DNA of 64,000 nucleotides from Rhynchobatus australiae (Eukaryota), in contig JAUZTB010000071.1 in the NCBI GenBank assembly GCA_034780895.1, forward strand, positions 5,678,891-5,742,890. Direction: 5' to 3'. Under the pieces are notes generated by a model that did no database searches, was not told where the DNA came from, and was given only the letters and a program-made list of their open reading frames with translations. The position numbers were made by a program, and so were the translations under genes. Positions 13,050 through 25,380 of this stretch are shown one piece after another. The stretch's first letter is position 1. Each line of letters begins with the position of its first letter.

Positions 13050-14992
13050 TCTCTATTCCTTTCAAAACTTTATTCAATAAGGTTTTTTGTTTGCTTTAGA
13101 AAATAAATGGATATTGTCATTATTTTAAAGGGATGGCTGTCACATCATTCCCCATTCTACAATCGAAAAGTTATTCTGAAACATGGGAAGATGTTTATAA
13201 TTAAAGTAAATACAATTCTAGAATGATTTAATAGGTTTATCAAAACATAAAATAAAATTTATGAAACAATATTCCATCTGAACTCATTTCGTTTGTGCTA
13301 TTCTGTCGGTAGCAAATCGTTAGAGGGAAAGAGTTTTCATCTCATGCTCATACTCACGATTGCTTATCTCTCTCTCTCTCACACACACACACACGCTCAC
13401 ACACACACACACACTCTCACACACACACACACACATCAAACTAAGAAAATGTAAGCATTGAAATGCTAAATTGTACAGTCGACTCCAGTTAATTGATGTT
13501 TTTAAAGTCGCCACCTGTGTTAAGCAGACAACACCAGTTTGTTTAGAATTAGTCCAATTATTCTTGCAATAAATATTTGATTGTTGCTGTCACTTTAAAC
13601 AAAAGCATTCAAATGCAAAGCAGAAAGAGATCATTCCTGTTGAATTACCAAACAAAAGTACTCTCTATCTATAACCGTGGTATTTGCAAGTATGATTCTA
13701 ATCTCTTCAGCTTCTACCAATAGTTTCTAACCAGGTTATTCAGAATTCTGTACATATTTCATTCAAAGTATAGCGAGGAATATTTATAGCTTATCTGTAC
13801 CTGAATCTACTCCCTGTGCTTATAACCTAAGCTTCTGGAGATTGCAGGAGCCTGGTGGGCAAGTAGGAAGAATGAAAAATGCCCACCTGCCCATCCAAAG
13901 GCAGTGGGGAGTTTGCTTGGAAAAGCTCTTATGGGAAGAGAATTTCCCTTCCCCCCCCCCCCAAAAAAAAACCAACTCCTATTTTCGTGGCTGGTAAATG
14001 AATGTGACAAGGTGTTCTGAAAGAGTTTCTCTGTTCAGGGCTGAAGGTGGATTTCTCTGAGATTCTGCCCTTTTTCTGATAACTGGAATCAGTAACGTCC
14101 GGCAACTCAACAACAGCTCGACTGTGGCTCAACTACAGTCGGACTATGGCTCAAAGGGCGCTCCCTCAGGCCCACAACACACAAACTCACAGACAACGTG
14201 AACACAAAAACGTTGAAGAGAATGGACATGTCCAACTGACTGGGAAAAAAAGTAAACTGATTTGCGTTTTCTCCAGAAATGCAAAAATGGAATTAGGAGA
14301 CAAAGGTCTCTGAGTCACTTTGTGTTCCACTAACGTTGAAAACCTCATAATGACTTTATATGCATACAAATAGTTCAGGGCGCGCCTTCTTGATGTTTTA
14401 TCGAACATTACATGAGAAACAGAATGACGTCTCCCTATATCGCTCCTATTTTGAGTGTTGTATCTTCCAACACTCAACGCTCCTATTTCTGGTCAGTTGT
14501 AACCGTTTACAAACACCATCAAAGCGCATGAGATTGATTCAAACGATATCACGCGTCACAACACTGGTTGGAAGGGAACTGCTCCCTTTTAACGACTGGA
14601 ACTGATGAGACTGATTTAAGGCAATTTTCTTTCAAAGGAGAAACCCACATCGCCTGATGTTTCAGCAAACACATGTGGTGGCCGAACTGTAGGGGCGGCC
14701 GATGTTGCTTCACTTAAGAGGAATCGACTGTACTCGATATCTGCAAGTCGAGGCAATGGGCGTCCAGATCGTCTGGGACCATAACCTGGAGGTGCATGTT
14801 GACCATTTACATTTAAAAAGCTGTGTGGGGGGGATACAAATGTTTCTGACAATAACCATATTGCTAAACAGAATATATATATTACATTTAATAAAGGGGC
14901 CGGCGGCCAGCTCGATCCTGGCAGCGCGGTGTATATTATACAGGCGACTTCCTTTTCCTTGTTGCTTGACATTAATTCGGCCGTTCCAGATT
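13050..14992 (-). other. PCGF2: Probable PCGF2 3' UTR, with candidate AATAAA at 13069-13074 (minus strand)
   Basis: Sequence after the stop codon is AU-rich and has no recognisable interspersed repeats. The true end is uncertain because other AATAAA hexamers lie further downstream. Confidence 0.4.
13367..13435. repeat. (CT)n(CA)n microsatellite in probable 3' UTR
   Basis: Direct reading. Confidence 0.95.
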
Positions 14993-15280
14993 TCAGCAGG
15001 AGGCGGGAGCTGCCGAGCCGTTAACAGTCACTTTGCGGCCTCTGAGAACAGACGGAAGCATCTGGTGACAGTTTGTGTTCCCGTTCAAGACCGAGGCAGC
15101 TGCGACTGGGTACTGAGGATTGGGGGAGAGTGCGGGCGTGCCGGGGCTTGGCAGTGAAGAGGACGTGGAAGGGACGGCGGCCGGACTGCCTTTGTCACTC
15201 ACAGAGTCACTCTCCGAGTTCAAACTGGTATTGGCGAAGTCCTCATTGGGATGACTGAGTTTTAACCTTTTGCAGGCAGG
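14993..15280 (-). CDS. PCGF2: PCGF2 last coding exon (Pro/Ser-rich tail); 5' part lies in gap 15281-15601
   Basis: Translates PACKRLKLSHPNEDFANTSLNSESDSVSDKGSPAAVPSTSSSLPSPGTPALSPNPQYPVAAASVLNGNTNCHQMLPSVLRGRKVTVNGSAAPASC-stop. PACKRL, SVSDK, SSSLPSP and RGRKxTVNG match PCGF2. Confidence 0.92.
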   Translation of the reverse strand, partial: PACKRLKLSHPNEDFANTSLNSESDSVSDKGSPAAVPSTSSSLPSPGTPALSPNPQYPVAAASVLNGNTNCHQMLPSVLRGRKVTVNGSAAPASC

Positions 15281-15829
15281 NNNNNNNNNNNNNNNNNNNN
15301 NNNNNNNNNNNNNNNNNNNNNNNNNNNNNNNNNNNNNNNNNNNNNNNNNNNNNNNNNNNNNNNNNNNNNNNNNNNNNNNNNNNNNNNNNNNNNNNNNNNN
15401 NNNNNNNNNNNNNNNNNNNNNNNNNNNNNNNNNNNNNNNNNNNNNNNNNNNNNNNNNNNNNNNNNNNNNNNNNNNNNNNNNNNNNNNNNNNNNNNNNNNN
15501 NNNNNNNNNNNNNNNNNNNNNNNNNNNNNNNNNNNNNNNNNNNNNNNNNNNNNNNNNNNNNNNNNNNNNNNNNNNNNNNNNNNNNNNNNNNNNNNNNNNN
15601 NCCTTCACCCCCTCCCACACACACTGCGTTACTTCGGAGTTTCCCAGCAATCTGTGCCCAAATAGTGGACAACATTCCAACTAATGCTGGGCTCTCGCAG
15701 ATTTGTAAAACACGCGCGTTTTCAATTATTGGTAATTTAGCCACGGAGCATGAACAGGACCTGCTTTTAAGAAGCCTGTCTAGGGGACATATGTATGCGA
15801 TATGTATGTACATACACCCTTATCACACC

Positions 15830-15837
15830 CTCTCTCT

Positions 15838-15878
<41 letters not shown>
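15830..15878. repeat. (CT)n/(CA)n microsatellite
   Basis: Direct reading. Confidence 0.95.
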
Positions 15879-15880
<2 letters not shown>

Positions 15881-16884
15881 GTTATAGTCACAATTGCATA
15901 TCCGGTTGCAGTGAAACTTCGGGATTAAGCCGATTTTGGTTTCCAATCAACTATTCACAGCAACGCGCGGTTGATAAATAAGTTCATCTACATCAGCAAT
16001 CGATTTTATACGCAAAAGGGTGAGGGTGGTTGAGGGGAAGAGGCGCTGATTGTACAGCACTCAGATCAATAATTAAATTACTAGCTGAGATAGGATATTG
16101 GGAAGGAGCAGCTGCTCGGTATATGTTGCACATTTAGCATCCAATCCAAACCCAGGAACTTTGTGTTTATATATGCAAGATTCGCACGTTAACGTCTACA
16201 AAATATTCAGTGTTGGCAGAATGTAGCATTATTGGGTTGGGAAAATTTGACAGCGTTGGGTTGACAACTGGCACTGGTTTAAAAAGCACTAAAGGCGAGT
16301 TCAGGTAACGCCTTTACCTGCACTTGTTGCATTCACTGTTCTGTGGCCCCATGCAATTCAAATAGTGAAAAGGATGGATTCACACGAATTACTACAGTAC
16401 AAACTAAATAGGTAACGCGTCTTATACGGATTAAGCTAACGAATGCAGGATGTGAAAACACATGACAGTCAGCGATTCTGAACGTTCAGTTTAGACTGAT
16501 CCAACACCTGGTCTCTCGACCTGACTACTGGCCCAGTTCCCATGTTCACAAAAAACAACAATCCTCCTATCAATAGGGACCATACACCAAGGACTGCAAT
16601 ATCCTCTTGTTCACGCCTGGGTGAACAGCTGAACGTTGGTTGGCTGTTTTTTTTTTCTGCGTCTTAGATCACCCGAGAATTACCTGAGCACAAGAGTCCG
16701 GAACAGCTGAGACTGCACAGAACCCAGCCCTCATTACAAAGGAGTTACATTGTATAGGGCGTGTACAATCACATCCAACGGTTGCCCCTAACATGAAGGT
16801 GTTGTATAGTCCTTCTCCATGTAAAGGGACGGTAGAAATGAGCAGCGTTTGACTTTGTCTAACCGTTCTGTCAACCGCTCAACT

Positions 16885-17172
16885 AACAGTGGAGTGGAGT
16901 GCCCAGGGAGCGCCGAGCTTCCTCAGGTGCCTTCTTTCCGCTGAAACTTTAACCACGGCCCAATCTCTCAGATGGATGCAAGAGATCCCATGGCGGTATT
17001 TCAAAGAGCAAAGGAATTAACCTGGCTGACTTGGGACCAATATCTCCCAGCATCAGAAAAACAGATTACCTGGTGATGATCATTTTAATGTTCATGGGAG
17101 CTTGCTGCTCACAAATTGGTTGCTAAATTCTCTACATTACGATAGTGACTACACTTTAAAAAGCACTTCATA
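16885..17172 (+). mobile_element. DeuSINE (SacSINE1-like), intronic
   Basis: GATCCCATGGCGGTATTTCAAAGAGCA...ACAGATTACCTGG...GGGAGCTTGCTGCTCACAAATTGG...GTGACTACACTT. Confidence 0.7.
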
Positions 17173-17609
17173 CGCAATAGACACCNNNNNNNNNNNNNNN
17201 NNNNNNNNNNNNNNNNNNNNNNNNNNNNNNNNNNNNNNNNNNNNNNNNNNNNNNNNNNNNNNNNNNNNNNNNNNNNNNNNNNNNNNNNNNNNNNNNNNNN
17301 NNNNNNNNNNNNNNNNNNNNNNNNNNNNNNNNNNNNNNNNNNNNNNNNNNNNNNNNNNNNNNNNNNNNNNNNNNNNNNNNNNNNNNNNNNNNNNNNNNNN
17401 NNNNNNNNNNNNNNNNNNNNNNNNNNNNNNNNNNNNNNNNNNNNNNNNNNNNNNNNNNNNNNNNNNNNNNNNNNNNNNNNNNNNNNNNNNNNNNNNNNNN
17501 NNNNNNNNNNNNNNNNNNNNNNNNNNNNNNNNNNNNNNNNNNNNNNNNNNNNNNNNNNNNNNNNNNNNNNNNNNNNNNNNNNNNNNNNNNNNNNNNNNNN
17601 NNNNNNTTG

Positions 17610-17705
17610 TCGGAACTGACGTGCCTGTGATGCTGCTGCAAGTTTCTCATTGTAGCTGTACCTCACAGTACCTGTGCACATGACAATAAACTCGACTTGA
17701 CTTGA
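17610..17705 (+). mobile_element. LINE 3' tail (Rex/Babar-like); related tails at 29075-29131 and 48415-48557
   Basis: GATGCTGCTGCAAG...ATGACAATAAACTCGACTTGACTTGA terminal repeat. Confidence 0.55.
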
Positions 17706-17830
17706 CATTATAGATTTGAACACACGCAGTAAGTCAATTGTACATAAACATACACACGGCAATATCCACGCTCAAAAACATGCTCCTAAGTACAATCATA
17801 TTCCACAACCCATAACAAAAGAATAATTAC

Positions 17831-17911
17831 CCGTCTCCATGTATAAATATACGCTATATCCATAAGTGTGTAGTAATCTTTGAGAGGTTCGTCTTCATAC
17901 ATAACGTCAAT
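17831..17911 (-). CDS. PCGF2: PCGF2 coding exon 8 (RAWUL domain)
   Basis: 81 nt, ttctag|...|GTAATT. Translates [27 protein letters not shown]. It follows a 92-nt intron. Confidence 0.95.
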
Positions 17912-18003
17912 CTAGAATCAAGACAAATAATTTCATTAAAGACAAAATACGGAAAATAGATTTCAAATTGACTCGTTCCTTTTTTTGCGGTTTATAAACT
18001 TAC

Positions 18004-18102
18004 TCGAAAATTGCTGGGAATATCCATTTTATTTCGGAGAAATTTTCCCAAATGCATCACCGTCATTGCGGCTGGACACCGCAGATACCGGACACTGTTA
18101 GT
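18004..18102 (-). CDS. PCGF2: PCGF2 coding exon 7 (RAWUL/ubiquitin-like domain)
   Basis: 99 nt, ccctag|...|GTAAGT. Translates [33 protein letters not shown]. Confidence 0.95.
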
Positions 18103-19302
18103 CTAGGGTGTGTAAAGAGAGATAAGATGGGTGAGTCCCTGGATGTTACGGAGCAGGTGCCCGGGCCCCTGAGTTTCACTGGTCTAATGGTTGTGATAAT
18201 AAATAGAAAAAATATTATTTTTAACCGAGGAAGCGGAGAATATGACTACAGGATNNNNNNNNNNCTTTGTTGTGTCCTCAAAAAATTACATAAATAACGA
18301 TAGACTAGGAAATCATTGAGCAGACAGAACAATACTTAACCACTCACGTCAGCGTGTTCACCGAGGCAAAGCATCTTTACTCTTTGACTGCACATGCCAT
18401 CTATAAATAAATATCTCCATTATTGGGCCGTGCACCTTTCAACCAACCGAGTTGACTGCAAAAGCTCTCAAAGGTTGACGGTATCACACCTTCACTAGTG
18501 ACACCAATGACTATGTACTACCACTACAGTAATTAAAGCAAAGTCTTTCTGGGACTGGTGCTGGAAGGCGAGAGGTAGACCAGAGGAAAACGAATGCACG
18601 TTATTTAAAAACATAATACTGCTCAGATCTAATTCTAGCGACAGTGTTACTAATAAGGAAGCCAAAGTCATTTATTCGGATCTTTCTCTCGACCATTCTC
18701 AAACAAACTTCTGCTGAACTTATTATACGCCTTGGAGGCAATGTTTGTAATTAGATTCAGGTGGCAAAGATGATGTGAGATTGTGACTTGTTTACAACAT
18801 AATAGTCAACAACGTTTGTAGTGTCACGTTGGGACTTGACTGAAGTTCTAGACATTTACACAGTATCTGGAGCCCTATTCGGTATAGCTGGAAAACGTCA
18901 ATGTATGACCTTTTGTGGATTATTAATTCTGCGTTTTAGGCAACTGTATTTTCGTGTAGGATCAAAGTAACCTAGACTGCATTATTCAAAGGGAACAAAT
19001 GACCGGAATTTCACTGTATACTTATGATCCCTAAGTGTCAACAGGAGTTACGTTCAAACACTTAATGGTATGGCCTTTTGTTAAAGCGTCAAAGAATTAA
19101 CGGACTGGAGATTAACCCAGCGTTTCATAATACTGAAGCAAATATACTGGAGAAATTGTTAAAGTGCTGGTCACAAGCAGTTAGAGAACCTCACCCATAA
19201 AATAATCCCACCCCTCCAAAAAAACTCAACGTTATTCCTGCAATGCGTTATAATTCAAGTCTGATCTTTGTATTTTTGTTTAGTGAGGTTTGAGTCTACC
19301 AA

Positions 19303-19478
19303 TAGAGGTGCCTATCCCACGTTAATAGAGGGACCTGTCTCACTTCAATACCCATCTCACGGCATTAGAGATGCCTATCTCAGGTCGGTAGTGGTGCCTA
19401 TCTCACGTCGATAGAGGTGCCTATCTCACGTCGATAAAAGTGCCTATCTCACGTCAATAGAGGTGCTTATCTCATGTC
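19303..19478. repeat. 23-bp minisatellite, about 8 copies
   Basis: Unit TAGAGGTGCCTATCTCACGTCGA, head-to-tail, with one unit shortened. Confidence 0.9.
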
Positions 19479-20195
19479 TAAACGATGATGCTTTGCTGTA
19501 TCTGTTTAAATTATCCATCAATAATCAAAGATGGTCAATGAAACTTCCTTCAGGGTCTAACCCTGAAGTTTTCAATGTACTTTCCTCGCCTTTTACTGAT
19601 TAACGCTACCAGTTCCTCTCTAAATAAAACTTTAAACCAAAAAATAGCCGTTAGGGAGCACAGATCTGGAATAACTACCGGAAGGGAACACCAGCACTCT
19701 AAGGAATGCAAGTGGGGGGAGGAGGGGTGACGTGGTAGGGTGGCTGCGGCTGGGGAGGGAGTGGGAAGAAAATGCTGTGGGGGTGGATCACAGACAAGTT
19801 AAGCCGAATGCCTCCCCCTCCCGTGACTTAACATTTTACGATTTCCATGCCAGTAACCAAATTATAGTCTTGAATTTCCAATCAAATAATTAAAAGGCTT
19901 TGTTTCTTAGTCAATGTCACTGCCAAGGGGAAATGAATTAATGGATTGTTTCCATGTCTGGCAAGTACGCTGTTTACTTTCTATTGGAGGGATGGGTTTA
20001 TTCAGAACCCGAGACATTGATCACTGCAATTTAAGAGATGAGCCTAAGCAAGAAAATCAAATAAACAGAAGTTGTCATTCCTTGTTTGATTTTTCGTTCT
20101 TGTCAATAATTGCACCTGCATTGATAGTATTCTATCACCGTTTTAAATTTAGGAGTTAATTAAATAGCTCAGGCAAAACCTGTTAGGGAACTCAC

Positions 20196-20238
20196 CTTGT
20201 CTGTTTCTTCAGTCTGTGGGACCTCTTTCTTTTCTGAT
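20196..20238 (-). CDS. PCGF2: PCGF2 coding exon 6 (variable linker)
   Basis: 43 nt, ttctgttctag|...|GTGAGT. Translates (K)SEKKEVPQTEETDK. Phase 2 in and phase 0 out fit both neighbouring exons. Confidence 0.85.
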
Positions 20239-21082
20239 CTAGAACAGAACAATTTGGAGCATTTTTGATCAAAGTATTTTTCAACAAAACTTCACAAACG
20301 CTGCTTTGGATCGTTCTGGCCCCATGTTAATATGCTCCTTACTAATACATGACCAGCTCTTGGTTAGCTGTTATTGAGATGTATCATTCTCAAGTAACAG
20401 GACACATAGTTCGACTACTTTCCCACAGTTTGGGGAGTTACGTTAAGCTTAATTACAATAACACATCTCTCAGCAAAACAGGAACTGCGATGTTTTGCAA
20501 CTTTAACAAGATCAAAGGAAGGTCTGGCTTTTCATCAAATACAGTTTACAGACAAATGGAAAATTATATTAACTTTGGAAGGAAAACAGATGCAACATTC
20601 AACTGATGTAATCATTGACAAAAAGAAAATCAGTAAATTTAAAGCACAATGGAAATGTTAGAGTCCTTCAGATGATTTAGTAATAGTTCAAAAACAGAAA
20701 ATGCTGGATATACTCAGCAGAGCAGGTAGCATCTGCGGAGAGAGAAACTGAGCTATCCTGCATTTGTAGGTTTATTTTAAATATTTTTCGAGTGATGAAT
20801 TAGATTGGTAAATAAAGGGATGGTTGTAATAATTAATGGTGCATTTTGAAAAAGGAAACTGATTGGAGTGAAGGAGAGAAAAGTCAATGAAGATCAAAAT
20901 GGAACAGCTTCACCATATCACTTCCAATAAATTTATATTCGATCATATTTAATTGCATTTAATAATACTTGATGATTTCACAATACAATTACAGTGTGTA
21001 TAGAAGACAATTAATTAATCAGTTAGCATTTGATGTGAAGTCACCCAGTTTTCATATTTCCTTTTAACAGTGAGAGGGAATT

Positions 21083-21330
21083 TGGCCCATTGAATCTATG
21101 CTAGCTCTCAGAGCAATGCCATCCTCTCACTTATTTGTTTGCAACCTATTCCTGCTTACATGTCCAACAATGCAAAATAACTTACAGTGGCTAATTTGCA
21201 CATCTTTGGAATGTGGGAGGAAACTGGAGCACCTGTCGACCATAGGTCATGGGGGAGAACGTGCAAACCTCTAACAGTCATCACCACAGATCCTGATCAA
21301 ACCCAGGTCACAGGAGCTATGGATACTAAC
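21083..21330 (-). mobile_element. V-SINE/HE1-like SINE
   Basis: TCTTTGGAATGTGGGAGGAAACTGGAGCACC...CATGGGGGAGAACGTGCAAAC. Confidence 0.65.
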
Positions 21331-21334
21331 GCTC

Positions 21335-21560
21335 CTGTGGAGAAGCAGGGAAGATTTCTCCACTGTCTTTTCCTGTGATAACACTTTGGCCTACGGCACT
21401 AACACAGCTTATCTGGTCATTATCACAATGCTGTTAGTGAGATCTTCTCACCTGCAAGTTCCAAGGTTTCCCTATCCTTAATACTCTGCAAAAGTATGGT
21501 GGTGCAAGAGGACGTCACAAGGCCATGAAATATGCTATGTTGATGCGAGCTCGAGCTTTC
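21335..21560 (+). mobile_element. Decayed DeuSINE fragment
   Basis: CACTAACACAGCTTATCTGGTCATTATCACAATGCTGTT motif. Confidence 0.5.
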
Positions 21561-21719
21561 TAATGGATGGCAATGAAAGCAGTTCTTATACAAACATTAC
21601 ACCCAATGTGAGATGCAGCAAAAGAGAACAAACAGAATAGTTCCATTTATATAAGAACAGAAGGACATTGGAAACGCACTCTATATCTAAAGGGAAAGCA
21701 TGGCTCTGCTATCACATCA

Positions 21720-22047
21720 TTCATACTTTTTATACCATTTGGACTCAGAGCAATCCCATTCCCCCACCTATTTGCCCAACCTATTCTCTCTCACATACCC
21801 ATTCAACTCCTCCTCCCTAATTTTGCCTACCACTCACCATCCTGCACTAGGGGCAATTTACAGTAGCCATTTCACCTACCAATCCACATGTCTTTGGGAT
21901 ATGGGAGGAAACCAGAGCACCCAGAAGAAACCCACACAGTCACGGGGAGAATGTGCAAACGCCACACTGATAGCACTGGAGCTCAGGATTGAACCCAGGT
22001 CAACTGGAGCTGTGAGGAAACAGCACTGTAGTGCCACTGCACTCCCA
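21720..22047 (-). mobile_element. V-SINE/HE1-like SINE
   Basis: TCTTTGGGATATGGGAGGAAACCAGAGCACCCAGAAGAAACCCACACAGTCACGGGGAGAATGTGCAAAC, plus a tRNA-like head with B-box (GGTTCAATCC on minus). Confidence 0.75.
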
Positions 22048-22448
22048 CACAATAATAGACAGCTGCCCACCTCTGCCTGTCCATCTTCCTTCTAGCAAGG
22101 AAAACCACAAACATCAGACCAATTATTTGCACCAATGGATTACAGTATATCTCTTGAACAAGGCAGAGTAAAGAACTGAGCCAGTGGGGATCTTCCACCA
22201 GATGTCTCCCTAGGTGAGTTTGTTGGGTTTTTCACTCCCCACCCTCACCAATCACATATGGATGTGTGAGTGTATCTGACATTCCATGGGTTCTGGATCA
22301 CTTTACAGAACAATATCCTGATTACATAAAAGAAAAGCGGTGTACTTGTTTATGTTAGTGTAAATTCATAGTATTCCCAAAGATAACAAAAGAAGGAGAT
22401 TCCAATTGATAGAAATAGCTTTTTGTCAGGAAGCACAAATCCACTTAC

Positions 22449-22564
22449 TTGTTGCCTTCGTAAAACTCTNNNNNNNNNNGACAAACTAATGATTTCATCA
22501 TCTGTGATAATTCTTTTTTCTTCTTCTGTAACTTCCCCACGGTCTTCGTTTGAACCATTCGTGA
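22449..22564 (-). CDS. PCGF2: PCGF2 coding exon 5 (interrupted by a 10-N gap)
   Basis: aaacag|...|GTAAGT. Translates [29 protein letters not shown][gap]EFYEGN. It equals the expected 109 nt if the 10 Ns stand for 3 real bases. Confidence 0.92.
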
Positions 22565-22729
22565 CTGTTTGTGAAAAAGAAGAAATCATTGCACTCAATT
22601 ATATACTTGAATTTATTATTGCAAAACATAAAGCCTACAACATTTCCATTAGTTGAACCCACTTTTAGAACTTGAGTTTAAAGGCGCTCTAGACAGAGAT
22701 TCTCAAAATTAATTAAGAACTCAACATAA

Positions 22730-22900
22730 TAAAAACAGAAAATGCTGGAAAAACTCACAAGTTCAGGCAGCATCTGTGGAGGAAGAAACAGAGTTAATGT
22801 TTCATGTCAAAGACCCTTCTTCAGCACCTGCTGAGTGTCCCAAGCAATTTCTGTTTTTATTTCTGAGGTTAAGAATCTGCAGGGTTATTTTTTATTTTCA
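22730..22900 (-). mobile_element. Penelope-terminal-like repeat with inverted ends and hammerhead motif
   Basis: Inverted arms AAAAACAGAAAATGCTGGA... and ...GCAATTTCTGTTTTT. Minus strand reads CTGAAGA-AGGGTCTTTGACAT-GAAA-CATT at 22824-22796. Confidence 0.65.
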
Positions 22901-22974
22901 ATATACAACATCCAATAGTGCAATTCTTTTCACAATAGCCTGCTCAAATTTTCAGTTGTTAGTTGCCTCGGTGC

Positions 22975-23500
22975 CTTGGTAAAGGAGCCAATGTAATCAA
23001 AGACCCCACACACCCTGGGCATTCTCTCTTCTCCCCACTTCCATGGGAAGAAGATACAAAAGCCTGAAAGCATGTACCACATGCTCAATGACAGCTTCTA
23101 TCCCGCTGTTATAAGACTATTGAACAGTCCCCTAGTACAACAAGATGGACTCTTGACCTCGCAATCTACCTCATTATGACCTTGCACCTAATTGTCTGCC
23201 TGCACTGCACTTTCTCTGTAGCTGTGACACTTTACACTGTACTGTTATTGTTTTTACTGCACTGTGTAATGAATTGACCTGTACAAGTGGTACGCAAGAC
23301 AAGTTTTTCACTGTACCTCGATACAAGTGACAATAATAAACCAATACCAAATACCAAACTGTAATGCTTTATTCTGCATTCTGTTATTGTTTCCCTTGTT
23401 TACCCCAATGCACTGATGTGATGAAATGACCTGTATGGATGGAATGCAAAACACAGTTTTTCACTGTATCTCAGTACATGTCAAATAATAAACCAACTTA
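22975..23500 (+). mobile_element. Rex1/Babar-like LINE 3' end with two tandem 3' tails
   Basis: LGKGANVIKDPTHPGHSLFSPLP.. remnants, then two related tails ending GACAATAATAAACCAA and AATAATAAACCAA. Confidence 0.75.
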
Positions 23501-24524
23501 CTAATTTTTGGTTTAGTCTGATGCAAGCTTTCAACCTGATACATCATCTTACACCTTTTGGCTCCACAGATGCCATTTTGAGTTCTTCCAAAATTCTGGA
23601 TTTTTTTTTGTTAGTGTAGTTTAAATATTTGAGGCCCGGATGATTGTTGGAAAAAGTATTTTGTCAGATGATTTGTTTTTTTACATACAACATTAAATAT
23701 GTCAAACCATAGGCACATTCAGTAAGTAGAATGAGGGCCTGCACTCTTTGAAAAGCAAATACAAGGGAGTAGAGTGGCATAAGTTCAGGTGAAGTATTAC
23801 CCATGATCTAAAATAGGAGATGACACATTCATTCTGTGCTGAAAATGAGCAAAATCCTTAACTTTCATGAGCAGNNNNNNNNNNNNNNNNNNNNNNNNNN
23901 NNNNNNNNNNNNNNNNNNNNNNNNNNNNNNNNNNNNNNNNNNNNNNNNNNNNNNNNNNNNNNNNNNNNNNNNNNAGATCTTATGCTGTTGTACATAATGC
24001 CATAGTCATAAAGTTGTACAGCCCTTCAGGCCTGTGAAGGGCTGTACATGTCCTTCATGTCCATGCCAACCTTTTTGCCCGTCTACACTATTTCCATTTA
24101 CCTGCGTTAGACTGTATCCTTCTAATGTTTCTGATGTTAAGATTCATGGATCTCAGCACAGGGAAGGTTGACCTAGATTTCTCCTTTGAATTGGATAAAT
24201 GTAAATATTTCCCATCTCTGAACTGTCCCATTTCAGTGCAGTCTGATGCTGAGAAAATAGCTAATTTATCAGTCCTACAGAAACAGTACTGCTGCCAGAC
24301 CCCCTAAGGCTTAGCCCCTTCATTTTCCAGGTGAGCTGGAATGAAGCAGCTCAATTGTCTTGTTACCAAGGGACAATGTTAAGTGTGCTGGAGAATTGCT
24401 TGAGGAAGTTAAGGAGACAGGAAATTGTTTCAAACGAGTGTTCTCACAGCAGTTAGAATTGTTTTGCTGAGTGGAAAAGGTTTCTCAGTGCACAATGCAG
24501 GTCATCATTGGGCATAGAGTCAGT

Positions 24525-24740
24525 AAATGCTGGGAATGCACAGGCAGCAGGTGTGGAGAGAGAAACGGGAGTTAATGGTTCAGGTCAGTGACCATTCATC
24601 AGAACTAGAAAAGTTCAAGGTGCTCCACACAGGTGTTGTGGTGCAGAGGAAGGGGAAGGGGGAACAAGAAGGAAGGTCAACAGCAAGGTGAAGACCAGGG
24701 GGGAAAGTATGACACAAAGAGATAACAGTGTAAGATGAAA
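24525..24740 (-). mobile_element. Penelope-terminal-like repeat with hammerhead motif
   Basis: Minus strand reads AGTT-CTGATGA-ATGGTCACTGACCT-GAAC-CATT-AACT at 24606-24570. Confidence 0.6.
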
Positions 24741-24769
24741 GAGGTTTTCGCGTATCTATTCCATTTTCC

Positions 24770-25380
24770 AAATGTGGTTGCCGATGACAAGGCCCAGTGC
24801 CCATCAATAATTGTCCTTGATAAGATGGTAGTGAGCCACTTCAGTGAAGTGCTCACACAATACTGCTGGCCATAGAGTTCCAGAAATGATGAAGGAAGGA
24901 TGATACGTATTGCCTGGTCAGAACAGACTGCAACATGAAGGAAAATCTGCAGGTGGTGGTGTTCCTGTGTGCCTGCTGCCATTGTCCTTCTTGGTGGTAG
25001 AAGTCACAGGTTTGAAGTAGCCAAAGATCATTTTGTAGACAGTACACCCTATAGTCACTATGCTCTGCTGGCAGAGGGAATGAATGTTTAGGGAGTCAGA
25101 TGGGAGAACCAATCGAGCAGGTAGCTTTGTCCTGGATGGTGTCAACGCAACGTTTTTTGCATTGTTGGAGTTACACTCATCCAAATAACTGAAAAGTATT
25201 CCACTGTGCCCCTGACTTGGACCTTGTAGTGAGTGGGAAAGGCTTTGGGGTATCAGGAAGTGAGTTATTTGCCACTGCCCTGCTCTTGTAGCCACAGTAT
25301 TTATCTGGCTAGCTGACGAGCTACTGGTCAATGGAATTTAGTGGTGGGGGACACAGAACCAGCAATATCACTGCATGTTA
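24770..25380 (-). mobile_element. Decayed non-LTR retrotransposon (RTE-X-like, tentative); second fragment at 62220-62340
   Basis: Remnant peptide ..ARLVLPSDSLNIHSLCQQSIVTIGCTVYKM.. and a 3' UTR shared with 62220-62340. Confidence 0.5.

Noticed and set aside
19303-19478. CRISPR-like array
   Set aside because: The units are head-to-tail with no unique spacers, there are no cas genes, and the context is a vertebrate intron.
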